Source: Paramoeba atlantica (taxonomy: Eukaryota; Protista; Discosea). Taken from it: 64,000 bases of DNA. A model generated the notes under the pieces. That model was not told where the DNA came from. It searched no databases and saw only the letters and a list, made by a program, of their open reading frames with translations. A program made the translations under genes and the position numbers. Location of the stretch: positions 62,001 to 126,000 of the forward strand of contig CDRNVI010000083.1 in NCBI GenBank assembly GCA_977017575.1, given 5' to 3'. Position 1 is the first letter of the stretch, and every line of letters begins with the position of its first letter. Positions 59,605-64,000 of the stretch are shown piece by piece.

Positions 59605-61204
59605 CCGAAAAATATATAAAAGGGGCTCCGGTGGTCCAAACATTTTCAAAAAAATCGGACTCTTGGGGGATCCAGGGGGGGGGTCCGGGAGGGGTCCGGG
59701 AGGGGTCCAGGGGGGGGGTCCAGGGGGGGGTCCAGGGGGGGCCCAGGGGGAGGGCATGTTGTTTTCAACTTAGAAGTCACTCATGCTGCGCGCTTCGCGT
59801 TGAAAACTACCTCCGCGTTTAACGAAGAGCCTAAAAAAGAAAAATCGCGAAAAGATCATGCATAATCTATTTTTTGGGGGTAAAAACCTCGATTTTTCGG
59901 CAAAAAATGTGAAATTTTAACCCGAATTTGGGCCGCTTTGGATGCCTTACCAGTAGGGGTAGGAGGCGAATCTGACGCAAAAAACGTCGCAGAATGGTAG
60001 CTGAGGTCCCAAACTCCTAAAACACGTTTTAGGAGTCGAATTTGGAAAAATAACATTTTTACTTTTTTTTGGGTCCAAAAAAAATATTTTTTGGTCACCC
60101 CAAAAATTTCGGAAATTTTGACCTTGTCGGACCGCTCCCGCGCGTACCAGGTGGGGTACCCCCAGGGGGGGGGTGGAAAATTATTGCCGAGGTATACTCT
60201 ACCATTTCCCTACGCTCGATTTCGAAAAGCAAAAAATTCGAAAAAAAATTCGCGACGTATGCCCCCCCCCCAATGGACCCCCCATTTTTGTGAATTTTTT
60301 TTTCAGTTTTGGACCACCGGAGCCCCTTTTATATATTTTTCTTCTATTATGCAGTGGTTTCAGTTGATCTTGCCCCCCCTCGGAATTTTGATTTTTTTTT
60401 ATCCGTGTTTGCTCATCTTTGCAGCATTGGAGAGATCTTGTTCCCCTAGCGAAGAGCTTTGCCGCTTTTTTGTCATAGAGACCCCCTGGTGCCCCCTGGG
60501 TGGCCTGAAAGTTGACTAAAATAAAACAAATGACATTTTTTTACCATATCAAAAATGGAACAAAACAGGGAATTTTTGTCTAAAAGTTAACTCTGAAGGA
60601 AAAGAACTACAGTAGTATACAGTAGTATCCGGAATGGCCTCCATTGTTTTGCACAGTGGCAACCGTGGCAGGTAATGCCACGGTTCCTTTGTGGGATATT
60701 GGGGGGTTGTCTTCTCTTTTGTCATTCCATCCTTGTACGTACTCCCCCTGTTTGGGGTTAGAGGGTCTGGTCTGCATAATGTAGAGGTGTTGACTATATT
60801 AAATTAAGCGATAGGGCTGGTACTAGACATGGAGCTTTCAAATTATCAATTTAGAACACTATTACTCGTACTTACATGTGCAAAAAGTACAAAAAAATCG
60901 GGAAAATGTGGCAAAAAATGGTTGTGTACACAGAAAACGTCCAAAAAAACAGGGGTTTTTGGACCCAGGGGGCACCAGGGGGTCTCTATGAAAAAACGGC
61001 GGCGAAGCTCTTCGCTAGGGGAACGAGATCTCTCCAATGCTGAAAAGTTGAGCAAAAACGGATAAAAAAAACAAAATTCCGAGGGGGGGGCAAGATCAAC
61101 TGAAACCACTGTATTACTGTGTTCCTCTTTATATTTTCACTGTTTTTGTTCACTTTTTTTTTCAATAATCGAGGGTAGAGCGGTAGTTATACAACCACCG
61201 CAAT
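59605..61204. repeat. Internally deleted modular element (TIR with G-run array, half hairpin, right arm, TIR) with a nested MITE
   Basis: G-run array ~59664-59752; right arm matches 24400-24900; TIR resumes at 61112 and ends CAACCACCGCAAT. Confidence 0.8.
60352..61111. mobile_element. 760-bp CAGTGG-terminus MITE with ~160-bp TIRs; another right arm ends at 61502
   Basis: CAGTGGTTTCAGTTGATCTTG...CAAGATCAACTGAAACCACTG|TA; sits in the host TA (left copy reads TG). Confidence 0.82.
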
Positions 61205-62078
61205 GTATTTGCTAGGGGAACGAGATCTATCAAACACAATGAAAACAAGCTAAAATGCGAGAGAAGATATTTTAACAAAGCATAAAAAGACAAAAAAAGC
61301 GAAAAGAAATGATGTGTTTTAGAAAAATGACCTCCCAAAAACCATGTATTTTGGACCCAGGGGGAACCAGGGGGTCCCTGCATAAACAAGGCGGCAAAGC
61401 TACATGTATTCACCAGGGGAACGAGATCTATCCAATGCTGCCAAAATGAGAAAAAAACAGAAAACAAAATTCCGCAAGGGGGAAGATATCTTGAAACCAC
61501 TGTACAATATAGAAAATTAACAAACCCAGGCAAACCTAGGCGAACCCAGGTGGTTTCAGCCCTCTAAGTAGCGTACCTGAACTGACTTTGACGAACGTCG
61601 ATCGCAGAGGTTACTCTGTCATCCTCATGGGTGATGAGACCGGAGTTGTGTTGGAACCTGTAAGAAGTATTACAATTGAATTTCGTGGGACGCGGCGGGT
61701 GCGAGTTCCAAATCACGACAGCTTTTTTTCCACCACGATATTAATTTTTTAATGGTCGCCACCCGTTCCCAAGCGCAAGAAGCCGCGGATCGGGGGGGGG
61801 AGCCCTAACTTCCCCGCGCACATCTTCGTCGAAATCATCACGACCGGTACGACACACGGCGACACCACCAGAAAGTACACGATTGAACATTTTAGAACCT
61901 ACTCGAGACCCACATCCAACTACGCCTCTCGGAATGCTGGGAAATGTCGCACGTGAAGTTGGCAGCACCGTGCGGAACGGATTTTTAAACCAGCAACAAA
62001 CACCATCACAAGGACCTGGTTTGAACGACGTCCAGGCCCAATCACCAGAGACAATCCTGCGCAACAAGTAAAGTACTA

Positions 62079-62384
62079 CCGTACCCCCCCCCCCCCAGTA
62101 AGAGAATGGGTTTTGGGTCGAAATGGCCAAATCTCTCTTACCGGGGGGGGGTATGCTTTTTTGGCCAGTTTCCACTTTTCTCCCAACTTTTTTGACTATT
62201 TTTTCTATTTTTTCTTCTGAAAACGTGTTAAAATGCTTCTTTGGGTTACCCCCGAGGCCCCCAACATGCAGACACCCACCCCCTACCCCCCTGAACGCCC
62301 CCTGTGGGGCTCCCGATCCAAATCTCTCTTACTGGGGGTCAGCCCAAAAAGGGCCAAATCTCTCTTACTGGGGGGGGTATACGG
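62079..62384. mobile_element. 306-bp CCGTA-terminus MITE, complete
   Basis: TA|CCGTACCCCC..CAGTAAGAGA...TCTCTTACTGGGGGGGGTATACGG|TA. Confidence 0.88.
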
Positions 62385-62437
62385 TACTTAACAAGCAAAG
62401 TTGATGCGATCATTGTCGTTTTAGTATCGTTCTCCAA

Positions 62438-62546
62438 TTTTTTAGGCTCTTCGTTAAACGTGGCGGTAGTTTTCAAGGCGAAGCGCGCAGAAGTGGTGTC
62501 ATCTAAGTTGAAAACAACCCCCACGTTTAACGAAGAGCCTAAAAAA
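62438..62546. repeat. Solo hairpin A
   Basis: Same palindromic arms with no flanking arm sequence. Confidence 0.85.
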
Positions 62547-63246
62547 GAATAAAAAGCGATAGAAAAAAGGGTCACCAAAAACGTAGTAAAAAATGAAGTA
62601 TCACAAGGAGCTACTCAATCACCGATCCCGACCGATCCCACCTGATAAGTGGCAGGATCCTCCAGGTTTCAGCCCTCTTAGTAAACGTGACAGATACGAA
62701 TTCAAACTGGGTTCTAGTACACCCAAATTCACTTTTCACCAGTTCTATTCCATCCTATCGCCAAGTCGAATACGATTTCGGCTACAGGGATCTACGCGGT
62801 TCTCCTTCATCGACACGTAGTGTCATTCTTCATTCGACACGTAGTGTGGTATTACTCTATCCTGTCCTATGTCCGTTGTCATAACTTAAAAAAGGAGATG
62901 AACTGAAATCAATGACAGGCTGACAATTTGTTTTAGACAAAAATGCTCGAAAATATTAAAAGTCTAAAAAAGGTAACTACTAAAAAAACTTTATCATTTG
63001 AGAAAACCGCGTTTTGGGACTTTGCCAACTTGGCGCACTGTTTCCATGATCTTACAGAGCATCGATAAATTTTATTGCGTATATCAGTGAAAAATGTCGC
63101 AAAGTGTCTTAGAATATCTTAGAATAATGAAAAATCATATTTGACTTTTGTTAGAAAGGTTTTTAAAAGGCTGGTTTCTTAGGGTATTCTCTATGGTGTA
63201 TTTTCACCATACTTGACCCTTTTTTTCTTATTGCATGTGGTATGTC

Positions 63247-63957
63247 TTAAGACAGGTATGCTGGATGCGTACCCGTAATGCACGTCCCAGAGTTCCCATG
63301 TACGTGGAATATACGCGTTCCGGATGGCAGCTCACCGATTGCCACTTTGCCGCGTAGTTGATTGTGGTTAAGATACAGCTCACGAAGATTACGGGGTAAA
63401 TTGGCCAAAGAAAAAGTTCCCACGAATAGATTGTGGTCCAAAGCTAGAATTCGTAGTTCCGCTGGGAGGTCGGTCAAAAGCAAAGTTCCATTGAGGCGGT
63501 TGTAATCCACATAGAGCTCAAGTAACGAGGTGGGGAGAAGATGGAGAGCAACAGATCCATAGAAGCCATCCCGAGTAAATCGAATTTCTTTAAGCCTTTG
63601 TGGAAGCACGGAGAAATTAATACCTTGAGCGAGACGATTGTGTGATAGATTTAAATAAACCAAGGACCAGGGAAGATGCGACCATGTGACATTGCCAACA
63701 AGCTGCTGAGAGTGCCAATCTATTTTTGTTACCTCACGATTCGCGTCACAACGAACCCCATTCCACGTGCAAGCACTTTCAGATGAGTTCCACGACAATT
63801 TCGTTGATTCCACGTTGGCTAAAAAATAACTCAATGTAATTTCGTGAGGCACATCAAGCGCCGAACTTATCTTTCCCCGCCTAGTCAATGTTGATGGGTG
63901 CGGCAAAGACTCGTCTTTAGCGTAAGAAAAAGTGAGAAAACAAGTGCCTCCAAGCAT
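63247..63957 (-). CDS. LRR family protein
   Basis: RRGKISSALDVPHEITL leader, CTWNGVRCD cap, about five repeats. Confidence 0.88.
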   Translation of the reverse strand: MLGGTCFLTFSYAKDESLPHPSTLTRRGKISSALDVPHEITLSYFLANVESTKLSWNSSESACTWNGVRCDANREVTKIDWHSQQLVGNVTWSHLPWSLVYLNLSHNRLAQGINFSVLPQRLKEIRFTRDGFYGSVALHLLPTSLLELYVDYNRLNGTLLLTDLPAELRILALDHNLFVGTFSLANLPRNLRELYLNHNQLRGKVAIGELPSGTRIFHVHGNSGTCITGTHPAYLS

Positions 63958-64000
63958 ACAGTATGTACCAACAGAATTTTTTTTTGCAAGAAGTTGTCTA

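Noticed and set aside
15395-60519. ORFs within the modular repeat arms and homopolymer tracts (e.g. 15395-15838, 23355-23636, 24625-24960, 35676-36074, 60091-60519)
   Set aside because: F/K/P/G homopolymer translations whose frames are not conserved between copies
61740-62880. Possible + strand coding remnant interrupted by a MITE and a solo hairpin
   Set aside because: Frames are short, contain stops and show no motif I can recognise; cannot be supported without a search
56942-63209. One 6.3-kb element bounded by the inverted 56942 and 63209 ends
   Set aside because: The 56942 end has an exact partner TIR at 57644; 63046-63209 is better explained as a separate partial copy
1-64000. Prokaryotic or giant-virus origin (intron-less, one-strand genes)
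   Set aside because: Gene set is eukaryotic housekeeping (SSU processome, COPI, prohibitin), with long TE-filled spacers and coding-strand pyrimidine tracts upstream of genes

Overview
Eukaryotic, intron-less DNA that looks like a kinetoplastid chromosome segment, probably Perkinsela/prokinetoplastid-like (inference). Support: every credible cellular gene lies on the minus strand across 64 kb (polycistronic-type arrangement), there is a P34/P37 (NRBD)-like 5S-rRNA-binding protein, and a spliced-leader-like sequence is present. Housekeeping genes (UTP14, PFK2/FBPase-2, UTP25, prohibitin-2, NRBD, coatomer gamma, a 3CxxC zinc-finger protein, two hypotheticals) are interleaved with about 13 intact and about 5 broken members of one LRR gene family. 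The intergenic DNA is crowded with nested DNA transposons: a DD35E Tc1-like element, a pogo-like element, a TIR element carrying a Ulp1/C48-protease-like frame, many TA-flanked MITEs, one 8-bp-TSD Merlin/hAT-like MITE, and a modular long-TIR element with about 100-bp hairpins and G-runs. Most unusual observations: (1) seven GC-rich islands inside coding sequences whose C/G skew flips with the same polarity (C-rich left, G-rich right on the + strand) and visibly rewrites the encoded proteins; (2) a 580-bp insert that begins exactly with a spliced-leader-like exon end plus GT donor inside an LRR gene; (3) Tc1/pogo-type transposons and a protease-carrying TIR element in an apparent kinetoplastid. 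All calls are from reading the sequence by eye; no searches were run and some element boundaries are approximate.
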